Shown: positions 37,242 to 50,314, counted from the whole stretch's first letter. The stretch: DNA of 63,643 nucleotides, filler included, from Octopus bimaculoides (GCF_001194135.2; 5 parts of 4 records of this genome joined end to end with filler, not necessarily neighbours in it); one strand, 5' to 3'. Numbers and translations are program-made. The notes: generated by a model from the letters alone, not told the origin.

Positions 37242-37663
37242 AAAGCAAAGCAAGAAGATTGCGAGTGAGGGAGGGAAAGAGAGAAGGGAGAGCGACAAAG
37301 GGCGAAGGAAGAGTGAGGGTTAGAGAAGGTTGTTTTTACTAAATTAACATTACACTTTTACAATATTGTGAGTTTTAGCAACTGTGGTCATGCTGGAGCA
37401 CCACGACCATCATCATACTTACAGATAAATACGTATATATGCATGTGTGTGCGTGTGTGTGTGTGTTCTTGCATATACGTACACAAATGTACCTATACAG
37501 AGACAAACATATCCACACATACATTACACAGTACATGTGATACACGAGTCATCGGTCGGCTCTTTTGACCCCAATAAGCATATCAACTCTACCCAACGGA
37601 TGTATTGAGTACTCATTTGAGCTATCGCTTTCTTCGCTCCGTACTGGGGATATTCAATACCAG

Positions 37664-37703
<40 letters not shown>

Positions 37704-37934
37704 AATGTGTGTACTTTTAATTTCAAGGTGATAACTCTCATTCGGTGCTATCAAATTTAAAGTAACAAGTAAGGGAGGTAAGTCATGCAATATCGGCTGA
37801 TGCAAAAGTTTCCACAATGCATTTTTGGAATGGACGTTGTCTTTGTAACGAACTGCTGAAAGAAACTGACATGTTTCAATCTTTTTAGCTCTCCTTAACG
37901 AAGTATGTTCACTCTAATTTGCTCAGCGAGAATG

Positions 37935-37975
<41 letters not shown>

Positions 37976-39199
37976 TGTGTGTGACGAAAAGACCGCAGAG
38001 CGTAGAGGGAAGAATACCCTAAAATTTCTGCATGATATATATTTAATATGCGTTAGAGCCCCGCATATGTAATGTAGTGAGCGGGGAAAACTTTATGTAT
38101 ATACCTACATACACGCGCACACACATACGTATACATACATTCATAAAAACATATACATACATTCATACACACACACATACACACACACATATTTATATGT
38201 ATGTACATACACACACGTACAATAATGATTATGAACAAGAAGTGAGACCTCATAACGATACAATAATATAAACGTATGCAACAGTGAAAGGGAAAGCATT
38301 CACTTCCACCAAAAAATTACAAAATTCTAATACTTCACAATACAGCAAGATTAGATATATGAAGTCTGATAATGTAGAACCTTCTGAAATCCTCCTCTTT
38401 AGTTACGTAAAGGATCGGGATTTTTTTCTCTTTCCCATAGCCTGTTCTTCCAGCAATGAAACTTCACTATTTCATATACTTTACGAGTACGACTATCTAC
38501 TTGATTTCGTATATATATATATATAAACTTTTATGTGTGTTTTATCCTTGGTTCTAGTAAAAAGAAAATAGCTTATTTAAGAGAAATAACGTCCAACTCT
38601 GAGCGTGTGAATCACAACGTTTCCACCATATGATAAATGCGCATATCAGGAAGTTAACGGACATAGAAGCTGTGGTGGTTGGTATTTGATATGATGAGTT
38701 GTGCCTGGCGATTCCCGGATATTCGTGTGCAATTCTTCTGGTGAAACTCTAAAGTAGTGCATTAGAGCCGTCTTGGATCCTGTATGTATGTATGTATGTA
38801 TGTATGTATGTATGTATGTATGTATGTATGTATGTACGTATGCATATGTGTGTGGGTGTGTGAGAGAGACAGAAAGAGAGAGACTATGTAAGTGTGTGTA
38901 TGTAAGATTGGGTGGTTAGGTAGATGGATGGAGGTATGGAAATATTGGATGGATGAATGGATGGATGGATATGCGTTGACGTATATGCTCAAGTATTTGT
39001 ACTTTGTATACATGAGAGTTACGGGAAATGTGATCATGCTAAAAAGATAAGAATATAGAACTAATAAATTTGTTATAATTCGTAATGAAGGAGAGAGACT
39101 TTTTAATAGAGAGACATCTTTCATTGGTGAAAGAATGATAGAGAATTTGTCATTGAATAAATGTGTAACGGGAAGGATATTGCAGATTTATGTAGAGAG

Positions 39200-40327
39200 A
39201 CATTTCGAGAGAGAGTGTCCGGGAGAAATAACATGAAGGTGAAAGAGAGAGACGAGAAGAGAGAGAAAAAGGTAGACCGAGACAAAGAGAAAGAGAGGTT
39301 TAGCCAGACAGATGTATAGGAGAGATATGGGCGGGGAGAGAGAGAGGAGAAGGAGATTTAGATAGATAGACATGTACGAGAGATAAGGAGAGAGAGAGAG
39401 AGAGAGAGAGAGAGTAAGATAGATAATTCATTGGAAAATATATGAAGAAAGTCAGAGAGAGATTCAGGTAGACACGTCAATGGGAGAGCTATGGAGGAAG
39501 AGAAAAAGATGAAGATGGAGAAATGTATGTGAGAGATACGGGTAGAGGAAGATTTAGAGATGCGGAGAAAAAGTTTTTTTAGGCAGAGAGATATACATGA
39601 GAGAAAATATGGAGAGAATTGTAGGAGAAAGATGGTGTTTCTTGAATTAAACTACAGAGAGAATTCATTGCTAATATATGTTCAAGAATGAGAGAGAGAG
39701 AAAGAGAGAGAGAGAAGAGAAAAGAAACCGATAGATTGATAAAGAAAAAGAGAGAAAAGGTGTTTAGAATAACTCTTTAGAAACTATATAGGAATGAGAG
39801 AGTAGACTTAAGTTATAGAAAGAGAGCGAAAAAGCAGGCAAAGAGATGGTGAGACGTATAAATCAAGTCAAATAGATGAAGTGGGAGAACCAGAAAGATG
39901 AAGATAAAACGACGGAGTAATGGAGAGAATAAAATATTCCAGAGAAGTGAAGGAGAGAGGGGGAAGGGGAGGGGATGGAAGGGGAGAGGGCAAAGAGAGA
40001 TATAGAGAGAGAAAAAGAGAAAAGCGAAAGTTTCCTTTTTATGTTTATGGGAGAACGAGAAAAAGTGAGACGGACAGGCAGGGTGCAAGAGTTTATGATT
40101 AATACACACACACACGCACGCACTCACACAAACACACATATGTATATATGTGTATATATACATGAGTAAGGAAAACATAGAGAGGGAGAGTGAATCGGAG
40201 AGATAGAGACGAGGTGATAAATAAAAAAAAAAATGTATTCTTAAATACATGCATGAGAGAATGTAAAAGATAGACAGATAGAGGGATAGAGAGAGAGAGA
40301 GATAGATGGATAGATACATAGATATAG

Positions 40328-40388
<61 letters not shown>

Positions 40389-40399
40389 TAGAGAGAGAC

Positions 40400-40432
<33 letters not shown>

Positions 40433-40451
40433 CAGATAGACAGAGAGAGAC

Positions 40452-40510
<59 letters not shown>
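39200..40510. repeat. ~1.3-kb purine-rich low-complexity tract ending in (GA)n/(GATA)n/(GACA)n
   Basis: Strong A/G strand asymmetry. Confidence 0.8.
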
Positions 40511-40610
40511 NNNNNNNNNNNNNNNNNNNNNNNNNNNNNNNNNNNNNNNNNNNNTTAATTAATTAANNNNNNNNNNNNNNNNNNNNNNNNNNNNNNNNNN
40601 NNNNNNNNNN
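40511..40610. other. Artificial scaffold-join spacer N44-TTAATTAATTAA-N44
   Basis: Same 100-nt cassette; 12-mer at 40555-40566. Confidence 0.95.
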
Positions 40611-42452
40611 GTGTTCATATTGATATTAGGACTTATTTGGAAGAGCAGAGAGTAGAACAGTTACAAGAAGCAGCTAGTTTAGCAGAGGATTACTCTATTA
40701 CTCATAAGCATGAGTTCAAGCTGTATGGTTATTGTCATCCGGATAATTTCGAGGTAGGTCGGACAAGTAAAATAATTTATTCAGCTAGGTCAGGTTCGAA
40801 TCCTAACAAGTCCAGTGGTTCAGAGTTAAGAAAGTCAACCAGTCCTTTTGTTTCTAAATCTGATTCAAATTTTCATTCAACAATTATTTGTAGATATTGT
40901 AGAAAGTCAGGCCATTTGATTTCTGAGTGTAAAAAGCTCAAGTTAAAAAATCAGTCACAACCCTTTCTACACGCTTTTGTGAATATCAAGTCTCAGCCTA
41001 TTTCCGGTATTATTAACAATGAGGAGGGGTACTTGCCTTTCATTTCAAAAGGGTTTATCTCACTTAAGGGTGATAAGTCCACATTATGACCCATCACTAT
41101 TTTAAGGGACACAGGCGCACTCCAGTCTCTAGTGTTGGAAGGCACCCTTCCTTTCTCGGACGTGTCGTCTGCTAACTCTGATGTTTTATTAGAGGGTATT
41201 AGTGGAATTTCAAGTGCACCTCTTCATTTTGTTGATTTGCAGTCAGATTTTGTGTCTGGTTTGGTGAAAGTTGGTGTTAAGAAAACTCTCCCAGTTTCAG
41301 GTGTTGACTTGATTATTGGAAATGATTTAGCAGGGTCCAAGGTTTTGTCTGATCCAATGTTAGCATTAAGCCAAGCCCTTCTGAGAGCCTTGAATCCCAC
41401 TTGAACTCGCTAGACCATGTGTCTACTTTTCGAAACCGACCTTCCAAAGCTACTGAGGTTGCCAGAGAACATTTGAAGAAATCACAGGACAAAACGAAAG
41501 CCATTTATGAAAAAAACTGTAAAGCCCGAAATTTCAGTCGTGGTGACAGGTCTAGATGTGTACCATTAAAAGCCATACTCATGGGTTCTCCAGTTTATAG
41601 CACCAGATTTTAGGAAACCATTTAAGCTTCCTATTGATGCAAGCGATGCTGGTGTCGGTGGTGTTCTGTTACAATCAGATGCAAAGGATGTTGATCATCC
41701 TGTTGGTTATTACTTAACGAAATTTGATGAACACCAGTGAAATTATTCAACCATTGAGAAAGAAACCCTTGCTTTGTTATTGTCATTGCGACATTTTGAC
41801 ATATATTTGGGAACCACCATGTATCCCATTGAAGTGTTCACCAATCACAATCCGCTGACCTTTCTGCACAAGACGAAGAACAAAAATCAGAGATTAATGC
41901 GATGGAGTTTATCTTTGCAAGAATTTAATCTCAATATTCAGCATATTAGAGGTAAAGACAATGTCATTGCGGGTGCACTATCTCGAGTCAATCTCCTAAA
42001 TTTGTAAATAAGAAAGTTTTCAATGCGTTCAACTTTCTTATGTATACCTATAAGATAATGAAGGGTGAGAACTTACCCTATATTTTCCGAAGGTGGTGAG
42101 ATAAACGTTTGTCAACGACCGTTTAGCAGAAGTGAAATAACATCGGTATGAATAACCAAATATATATACACAGGAAGTTAGCATAGTACGAGACAGGTAA
42201 CCTCGTTCACTTCCTGTTAACGAGCAAGGCAGGTAATCTCATACTTCCTGTTAAAAAAGGGAGCTTGGCGTGGATAGAACCAGAACGAGACGGAGCTGCA
42301 TATGGGTCGGACCGTTCACCACCTACCTTGAAACCATTGAGACTGGACATAATCTCTATATATGAACATCTACTTCTCTGTTTGAACACTTTGTTGTTGC
42401 GATCAGAAGGTTACCCCTTTTTCTTACATTATTAATTTGTCTGACCGTAACA
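40611..42452 (+). mobile_element. Internally deleted Gypsy LTR retrotransposon, Gmr1-like (gag-PR-IN C-terminus-RNase H-PPT-3' LTR)
   Basis: gag CCHC CRYCRKSGHLISEC; protease ILRDTGA...LIIGNDLAGSKV; integrase C-terminal VSTFRNR...AREHLKKSQDKTKAIYE...FSRGD; RNase H DASDAGVGGVLLQ...YSTIEKETLALL...NHNPLTFL...RLMRWSLSLQEF...GKDNVIAGALSR; purine tract 42089-42101; LTR-like stretch ending cgtaaca at 42452. Confidence 0.88.
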
Positions 42453-43062
42453 AATGACTGAGACCTTTGGCAATATGCTGTGCTTGAGAAGACCCGTCAA
42501 GCCAAGGGAAATCAGAGTCATAGCCGATGCTGGTGTTACATAACTGGTGCCTGTGCCAGTGGCATGTAAAAAGCGACTTTTGAGTGTTAGACCTCACGGA
42601 GGCAAAGTGGCCAATGCCAGTGGCACATGAAAAGCACCTTTTGAGTGTTGCTTGAGAAGATCTGTCAAGCCAAGTGAAATCATAGTTGTGGCCAATGCTG
42701 GTGTCACATAACTGATACCTGTTCCGGTGGCACGAAAAAGCACCTTTTGAGTGTTGGGCCTCACAGAGGCAATTACAAATGACCGAGACATTTGGCATTA
42801 TGCCGTGCTTGAGAAGAAGACCCATCAAGCCAAATAAAATCACAGTCATGGCAGATACTGGTGTCACACAAATGGCACCTGTGCCAGTGACATGTAAAAG
42901 CACCCATTACATTCTCAGAATGGTGGGCATTAAGAAGAGCATCCAGCCATAGAAACTATGCCAAGTCAGACTGGAGTCTGGTGCAGCCTTCCAGTTTGCC
43001 AGCCCTGGTCAAACTGTCCAACCTATGCAAGCATGGACGATGGACGTTAAATGACAATGATG
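42453..43062 (+). mobile_element. 5'-truncated RTE LINE 3' end with three tandem copies of the ORF2-end/3' UTR junction
   Basis: gcttgagaagac...tcaagccaa...gccagtggca...aaaagcac recurs near 42481, 42649 and 42805. The terminal gaagagcatccagccatagaaac...ggacgttaaatgacaatgatgat matches the RTE tail at 45500-45685. Confidence 0.8.
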
Positions 43063-43074
43063 ATATATATATAT

Positions 43075-43335
43075 CATCATCATCACTATTGTTATAATGG
43101 TAACTTCTCCATATTTGCATTGGTTGAATGATATTTATTGAAGTAGATTTTCTATGGTTAGATGCCCTTCCTTTCACCAACCTTTACTTGTTTCTAATTA
43201 AGGTAATATTTCCCCATAGCCAGACATGCTTCACATTCACAACAATCACACAATATCAAGACAAGGTGACACAAACATACACACTTCTTTCAGTTTCCAT
43301 CAAACAAATCCACTCACAAAGCTTTGGTCTGCCTG
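43075..43335 (-). mobile_element. Decayed RTE tail plus SINE B fragment
   Basis: ttttctatggttagatgcccttcctttcaccaacc (reverse RTE tail) and cttctttcagtttccatcaaacaaatccactcacaaagctttggtc (SINE B). Confidence 0.55.
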
Positions 43336-44154
43336 GGGTTGTAGGCATCCAGTCAGTCTGCTGCAAAAGTTTCATTTGTGAGTTCACAAGGTCATGAGAT
43401 AAGTTATGTTACAATAACCCTGTAATACATAGTGCAATATCTTAACCTGTGATTCTTCAATGCTGAAATACAAGGGACATCCAGGTGTATCACAGAATTT
43501 TAAAAATATAATCTAGGACTTTAGAAAATCCATATTAACACTTGGGTGTCTCAAACAACATTCATGCTTTTGTTATACACAAGCATGGTTAATACACTAA
43601 GTCCATAAGATTGAAACTATTGCATCATTCACTACATCCACCTCTAATCATGTTACCCTCCCACCACACACTTGTGAAATTACCCACCCTTTTCCTTTCC
43701 TCTTGATACCTTACATTCACCTTCTTATACCATGAGGTGTTTACTCTCACACCCTCCTATCATCTTTATCTTCTTCCCAATTACTTTCATCTACCCTTAT
43801 ATAATGTATAGTAGCCATATATCTTGTCTATAGCAAGACACCTGTGCTTGCCTGGCATAAAGCTACCTCTCTGCACTTAGTTGGGGGGAGGGGTCTCTTT
43901 TTCTTTCCTTTGTTTGGTGACCTCACTAATGCCAGTGTCATGAGAAAAGCCCTCACACTGTAGTCAACACACTATAAAGTTGTTAACTTCAGGGAGGGGA
44001 TCGAGCTGTAGAAACAATACCAAAGCTGACATTGGGCTGATGCAGCTCTGCAGCTCATTGGATCCTGTCAAACCACTGAACTCATGCCAGTATAGAAAAC
44101 AGATACAAATGATGATAACCTCACAGTTATCTATGTGTTTAAATTGTCATTTAC

Positions 44155-44233
44155 CTCCATTGGATTGTCTCCAGAATCCAGTATATCTTCCAAATGGTTG
44201 TTAGCAAACTGGAGTCTCTCTTCATTGGATGCT
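44155..44233 (-). CDS. POLRMT: Next internal coding exon of POLRMT
   Basis: 79-nt exon. Acceptor ttccctttctatttcttgtttctatgttag|A, donor GGAG|gtaaat. Phase 2 in matches the upstream exon. Reads (R)ASNEERLQFANNHLEDILDSGDNPME versus human REPLRKRLAFAEEVMDDILDSADQPLT (recalled). Confidence 0.95.
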
Positions 44234-44599
44234 CTAACATAGAAACAAGAAATAGAAAGGGAATATTAATACAATATTAACAAAATATACAGTTACTAGA
44301 GATTAACAAGAATATTACTATATTAACAAACTATCACTAAAATATTTTCAGATAATCATTAAAATATTACTTGAATATTACTAAGTGTATATGTTTGCAT
44401 ATATTGCCATTGTTTAGCTCCAAGTCAGCTCTGATCCAGCAGAGATATGATTAAAAACACTACAGCAAATGACCACAGGCTGGAATTGGGTAATTTAGAT
44501 TACATTATCCCATGTAATTTTTTGTAAGGTAGTAGGTGTGGTCTGAAAGAGATTTTGCTATCTAGTATGTGAAGTGGTCATGCGCAGGCTTCCTTATTG

Positions 44600-45685
44600 C
44601 TTTTTGATTCCTGGGCAAAGTTCAGAGAGCTCTTACCTCTACTGGCGACAAAGGGCCTCTCACTCAGAGTAAAAGGCAGACTGTATGACGAATGTGTATG
44701 AACAGCCATGCTACATGGGCTGTGACTGCTGAGGACATGCGTAAGCTCACAAGGAATGAAGCCAGTATGCTCCGATGGATGAGTAATGTCAGTGTGCATA
44801 CCCGACAGAGTGTAAGTATCTTGAGAGAAAAATTGAACCTAAGAAGCATCAGCTGTGGTGTGCAAGAGAGACGATTGCGCTGGTATGGTCATGTGGCGAG
44901 AATGGATGAGGATAGCTGTGTGAAAAACTGCCACACCCCAGCGGTTGAGGGAACCCGTGGAAGAGGCAGGCCCAGGAAGACCTGGGATGAGGTGGTGAAG
45001 CACGACCTCCGAACATTAGGCCTCACCGACGCAATGACTTGTGACCGAGACCTTTGGAAATATGCTGTGCATNNNNNNNNNNNNNNNNNNNNNNNNNNNN
45101 NNNNNNNNNNNNNNNNNNNNNNNNNNNNNNNNNNNNNNNNNNNNNNNNNNNNNNNNNNNNNNNNNNNNNNNNNNNNNNNNNNNNNNNNNNNNNNNNNNNN
45201 NNNNNNNNNNNNNNNNNNNNNNNNNNNNNNNNNNNNNNNNNNNNNNNNNNNNNNNNNNNNNNNNNNNNNNNNNNNNNNNNNNNNNNNNNNNNNNNNNNNN
45301 NNNNNNNNNNNNNNNNNNNNNNNNNNNNNNNNNNNNNNNNNNATCATTACCAATGTCACCTTCTTGGCACGCGAAAAGACAGTCGAGCGAGATCGTTGCC
45401 AGTGCCGCTGGACTGTCTTCTGTGCAGGTGGCACGTAAAATACAGCATTTCGAGCATGGCCGTTGCCAGTACCGCCTGACTGGCCTTCGTTTCGGTGGCA
45501 CGTAAAAGCACCCACTACACTTTCGGAGTGGTTGGCGTTAGGAAGGGCATCCAGCAGTAGAAACTCTGCCAAATCAGATTGGATCCTGGTGAAGCTACCT
45601 GGTCCATCAGTCCTCAGTCAAATTGTCCAATCCATGCTAGCATGGAAAGCGGACGTTAAACGATGATGATGATGATGATGATGAT
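44600..45685 (+). mobile_element. Relatively young 5'-truncated RTE LINE (ORF2 C-terminus, 3' UTR, (GAT)n tail) inside the POLRMT intron
   Basis: WAKFRELLPLLATKGLSLRVKGRLYD...EASMLRWM...RRLRWYGHVARM...GRGRPRKTWDEVVKHDL...DRDLWK; gttggcgttaggaagggcatccagc; ends ggacgttaaac(gat)n. Confidence 0.92.
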
Positions 45686-45978
45686 TTGTCTGGAGACAAG
45701 GTGACAGTGTAATTATGTGAAGGACATTACATATGTCTGATAACAAAGTAACAAAGTAGCACTAAGGGAAGGACATATTTCCTTTCTATTTAATTATGCC
45801 ATGAAGGCATGTGGCTTAGTGGTACACTCATTATTGGAATATTGTGGGTTTGATTCCTTGACTGGGCAGTGCATAAAATAGCTCAAAAAGTATACATCTG
45901 ATTTATACTAACATGGAAAAAGCAGGTGTATAACTAATGAATGTACACTGAATATAGATAAATCCATAATAGCCTTAC

Positions 45979-46090
45979 CTTTTCTGAAAACCTGTGAGAT
46001 TAACAAGGTGAATCTTCAACCAGTCTAAACCATGAGAACCAAGTCTTTGGCCTTTGGCAAAGCGGAGAATACTTCGAGAAACATCACTGC
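45979..46090 (-). CDS. POLRMT: Internal coding exon of mitochondrial DNA-directed RNA polymerase (T7-like single-subunit RNAP)
   Basis: 112-nt exon. Acceptor ttctttaatttcatctctgttccag|G, donor AAAAG|gtaagg. Reads (G)[36 protein letters not shown](R), matching human POLRMT [38 protein letters not shown] (recalled from memory). Phase 1 in, phase 2 out. Confidence 0.96.
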
Positions 46091-46154
46091 CTGGAACAGA
46101 GATGAAATTAAAGAATGTGTAACAGTGAGATGGAAAGGAAGAACATAAATGTGC

Positions 46155-46370
46155 ATGCGTGGTCATGTGGTTAAGGAGATCTTTTCATCATCATCATATG
46201 GTTTCAGGTTCAATCCTATGCACTAAACCTCAAGTAAGTGTCTTCAACTGTATCTTCATAATCATTTAATGTCTACATTTCCATATTTGCATGGGTCAGA
46301 TGGAATTTCTTGAAACATTTTCTACAGCTGGATGTCCTTCTTGTCATCAACCCTAGCCTGTTTCCAAGAG
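46155..46370. mobile_element. Decayed SINE B head (+) followed by decayed RTE tail (-)
   Basis: catgtggttaagg...atggtttcaggttcaatcc...caagtaagtgtcttc; tttaatgtctacatttccatatttgcatggg...ttttctacagctggatgtccttc. Confidence 0.5.
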
Positions 46371-48135
46371 TGAAAAAGTGGCGGTAGCAGCAAATCATAT
46401 CAGGTAGCTACAAGGGAAGCTATGTAACAGGTTTATCTAGCTAGAGCAGCAACAGACAGGAAGAGGTTTGTTAATATCTTACAGCATCAAAATCAGAAAC
46501 TTGTGTTCTGGATTGCTAGATAGTGTATCAGAGAGAATCAAGATGTCTGTAGGTGACAAGTGCTGTACCGATGGATAATGATATGCTTACACTTAGTGAC
46601 TCTGAAAAGTAAGAGATACGGAAGTACTACTATGAACGGTTATTAAATGTGGAGAATGAATGGGAGAAAGGGAGTCTTCTCAATGTGAACCCAACAGAAG
46701 AACCAACTATTCTAGTTGACAATAGTATGATAGATAAAGCAAGTAAGGATACGAAACATAGAAAGTCACTGATCCATTGGGTATTACTGTTGAGATTCTG
46801 GTGGAGGAGGATATGATCTAGTCACCTGTATAGTTAATCAGGTTATTCAGGGAGATGTCATCCCTAATGATGGTTGTAGCATCATTATAGTTGGTATTAC
46901 AAGGGTAAAGGTGTTGCCTTAGATAGTAGTAATTACAGAAGTATCATATAGCTGGACCAGGTGACGAAAGTTATGGAGAGAGTTATGGACCAATTAATTA
47001 GAAACAAAGTTAAAGTGGATGAGATTCAGTTTGGTTGTGTGCTGAGTAGAAGTGCAGCTGACACTCCCTTCTTAAATACACAACTGCTGGAGAAGTATTT
47101 AGCTAAGAGTAAGCCATTATACTTGAAATTTGTTGAGTTGGAGAAGCCTTCATTCTGTAATATAGTGGTCTCCGAGAAAGCTAAGGATAGAAGAATGGCT
47201 TGTGAAAGCTGTATAAAGCATGTACAAGGGTGCTGTCAATAAGGTGAGAGTTGGTCATGAATACAGCGACGAATTTAGTGTGCAGATAAGCATGCACCAA
47301 GACATGGCTCTCAGTTCCTCGCTATCCATCATTGTCCTTCAGGCTCCAATATGCTGATGATTTCACTTTCATATCGAAATCTTTAACAAAAATAGAAAAG
47401 AAATTCCAAGCATGGAAGCAAAACGAGGAATCAAAAGGTGTTAAAGGTTCTAGAAATCAAGAAAACTGACAGGACTCAAGCCACTTCAGGTAAATGGCTC
47501 TACTCATTACATAGGAAAGGTGTAGGCAGAAATTCCATATAGGTACCTAGTGCAAGCTGTGTATGAGATGCAGTGGAATTGAAGGAAGGTTAACAGAGAA
47601 AGAAGTTTTTGTATGTGAAAGATGCACAGGTGCCATGAAGTCTGAGGTCACATGGGAAAGTGACGTTCTCAAATGCCCTGGAGACTCCTGAGAGGTACTA
47701 GATAGTTTCTGTTAACTAGATGACCTAATTAACAATGGAGGAGGATATTCTGAAAGTGTAGTCACAAGAATAAGAATAGGATGGAGAAAGTTCAGAGAGC
47801 TGTTACCTCTGTTGGCAACAAAACATCTCTCTCTCTTTGAATGAAAGGAAGATTGTATGATGCTTGTACACATACAACAATACTATATGGTAGTGAGGGT
47901 GAGCCCTGAATACAGAGGACATGAGATGTAGCAAGCAAGAAGACTGCTGACTTGGTCATGTGCTGCATTTGGATGAAGACAGTCGCATAAAGAAGTGGTG
48001 GATAGAACTCATGGAAAAGGGAAACTGAGGAAGACATGGGACGAAGCATTGAAGGCTGCTCTCCAGATTCTGAGTCTTAAAGGACCAACATAATTAGTGG
48101 TTTGCTGTACTTCAGAAGATCCATCCATTAAAGCA
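46370..48135 (+). mobile_element. Old, heavily decayed RTE LINE (RT region to C-terminus)
   Basis: YKGKGVALDSSNYRSI...LDQVTKVMERVMDQLIRNKVKVDEIQFG...LLEKYLAKSKPLY; YADD-like atatgctgatga at 47350; RIRIGWRKFRELLPLL at 47768. Confidence 0.85.
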
Positions 48136-49245
48136 AAAATGATATCCTAAAACTACTCAATTAAGCTTGTATGTGTGAGGCCCTGTCTCCCCACTTTCTC
48201 TGACACATCAAACATTTTTCCATTTTCATCTCTCTCCCATCTATGGTGCTACTCAACTGTTGTACTCACCTGAGAGCAAAATCAACACATGTTACATCCC
48301 AAACCCTCCTTAACAGTCTCCTACATTCTTCATCATCTCTCCAATCACCTTTATGTGCCTTCAACCACTGCTCTCTCTTCCCTCTACTATACTATATTCT
48401 AAATACCTCTGTTTTCTGCTACCATTCTCAATGCCCTCCCATATCTACCATTATGATCCACCCACTATAGCCTCTTATGCATCCCTATATCTCCCTCTCC
48501 ACTGCTCTTACACATTGCACATACTTTTTGTTCTATTCTCCTTCTTGATCCACTCTTACATCTCCCACCTACTCTCTCCATACAAACATTTCCCATCATC
48601 TGCACCCCTAACTCTTGTTCCTCACTCACTACATTAACCTCTACTCCCACGTTTACCTCCCCACCCCCACATTCCTATGAAAGCATCCACATACTCCCAT
48701 CTCCTTTCATGACCCATTGTATGTATTCTCTCTTATGGTCACCTTCTTATTCCTTGAGAGTTTGCTCCAGCACCCCATCATTACCTATCAAGTGGAGCAT
48801 CATGGAATGATCTATGCCATATGTTAACAGATCAAAGAGATGCAGGCTTTTCTAGCTGAAAGATCTCATAGCCTTTTCAGAACTCTTCTGACCTACCAAA
48901 TTTATTGAACCAGAAATCACCACCCTTTCTGAATTATACAAACTTTGATCATCTCTTCATGGAATTAATTTACACCAAGCGTTTTAATTCTTAGTCAAAC
49001 ACGTCAAAAAGTTGTAACTCTTGCTTATCTTTTCCTCATTCTACTTTATCTTTTCCCTTCCTCTCATCCTTTCTAGTTTTCTTGCTCAAAGACCAATGTC
49101 CTTTCTCAATATTTTATTCTCGAAGACCAGCCACGCTGTATATTGGAGCCTGAAGCATTTCTTGGAAACACTGCATGCTACACAAGCTTGTTTTCACAGT
49201 ATGAAAATAACATTAGCTTGAATATAAATCATCTGTATATTAAAT

Positions 49246-49564
49246 GATTCTCTTTTACTCTTTTACTTGTTTCAGTCATTTGACTGCGGCCATGCTGGAG
49301 CACCGCCTTTAGTCGAACAAATCGACCCCGGGACTTATTCTTTGTAAGCCTAGTACTTATTCTATTGGTCTCTTTTGCCGAACCGCTAAGTGACGGGGAC
49401 ATAAACACACCAGGATCGGTTGTCAAGCAATGCTAGGAGGACAAACACAGACACACAAACACATACACACACATATATATATATATACATATATACAACG
49501 GGCTTCTTTCAGTTTCCATCTACCAGATCCACTCACAAGGCTTTGGTCGGCCCGAGGCTATAGT
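49246..49564 (-). mobile_element. SINE family B
   Basis: ctcttttacttgtttcagtcatttgactgcggccatgctggagcaccgcc...gggcttctttcagtttccatctaccagatccactcacaaggc. Confidence 0.9.
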
Positions 49565-50314
49565 NNNNNNNNNNNNNNNNNNNNNNNNNNNNNNNNNNNN
49601 NNNNNNNNNNNNNNNNNNNNNNNNNNNNNNNNNNNNNNNNNNNNNNNNNNNNNNNNNNNNNNNNNNNNNNNNNNNNNNNNNNNNNNNNNNNNNNNNNNNN
49701 NNNNNNNNNNNNNNNNNNNNNNNNNNNNNNNNNNNNNNNNNNNNNNNNNNNNNNNNNNNNNNNNNNNNNNNNNNNNNNNNATATATATATATATATATAT
49801 ATAAATTCAAATTATAGTAAGAATGGATACATAAGGGTGGAAGACCACAGGAACAATACCGTATATCCAACGCAAAATTTAATATGTGTGTGTGTGTGTT
49901 CAATTTATTCTAGAATCAATAAATATATAGTTTTAAGTCTCTAAAATGTCTAAAAAGTAAAGTAAAATAAAGTATACAGGCATATACAATGATATAAACT
50001 TCAGAAATATCATGAATGTTTAAAATATTTATTTAAAAATATTTATAAACATGCATAGTTTCCAAGTTGTATAAAAATATTTGACAATTTAAGATAATAC
50101 ATTACGATATATAAACGTACAGTATGATTTAACATATAATGGGTAAATATATACGATATGATACAATATGATACAATATTATAAATTTATATGTATTATA
50201 TTAAAAATGTGTACATTAGAAAAGGATATGTATATATACCATATCAAAAAAACCATACAATACATAGGTAATGTTAAAAATTTTAAACATTTCATATATT
50301 GGAAAAGTGTTACC

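Noticed and set aside
37788-37930. Mariner-like TIR start tatcggctgatgcaaaagtttcc
   Set aside because: Only one end is visible, with no transposase-like translation nearby.
38570-38750. Minus frame SFTRRIAHEYPGI..., resembling an MMP hemopexin repeat, followed by a hydrophobic stretch
   Set aside because: Only a few matching residues, no further hemopexin motifs and no convincing donor.
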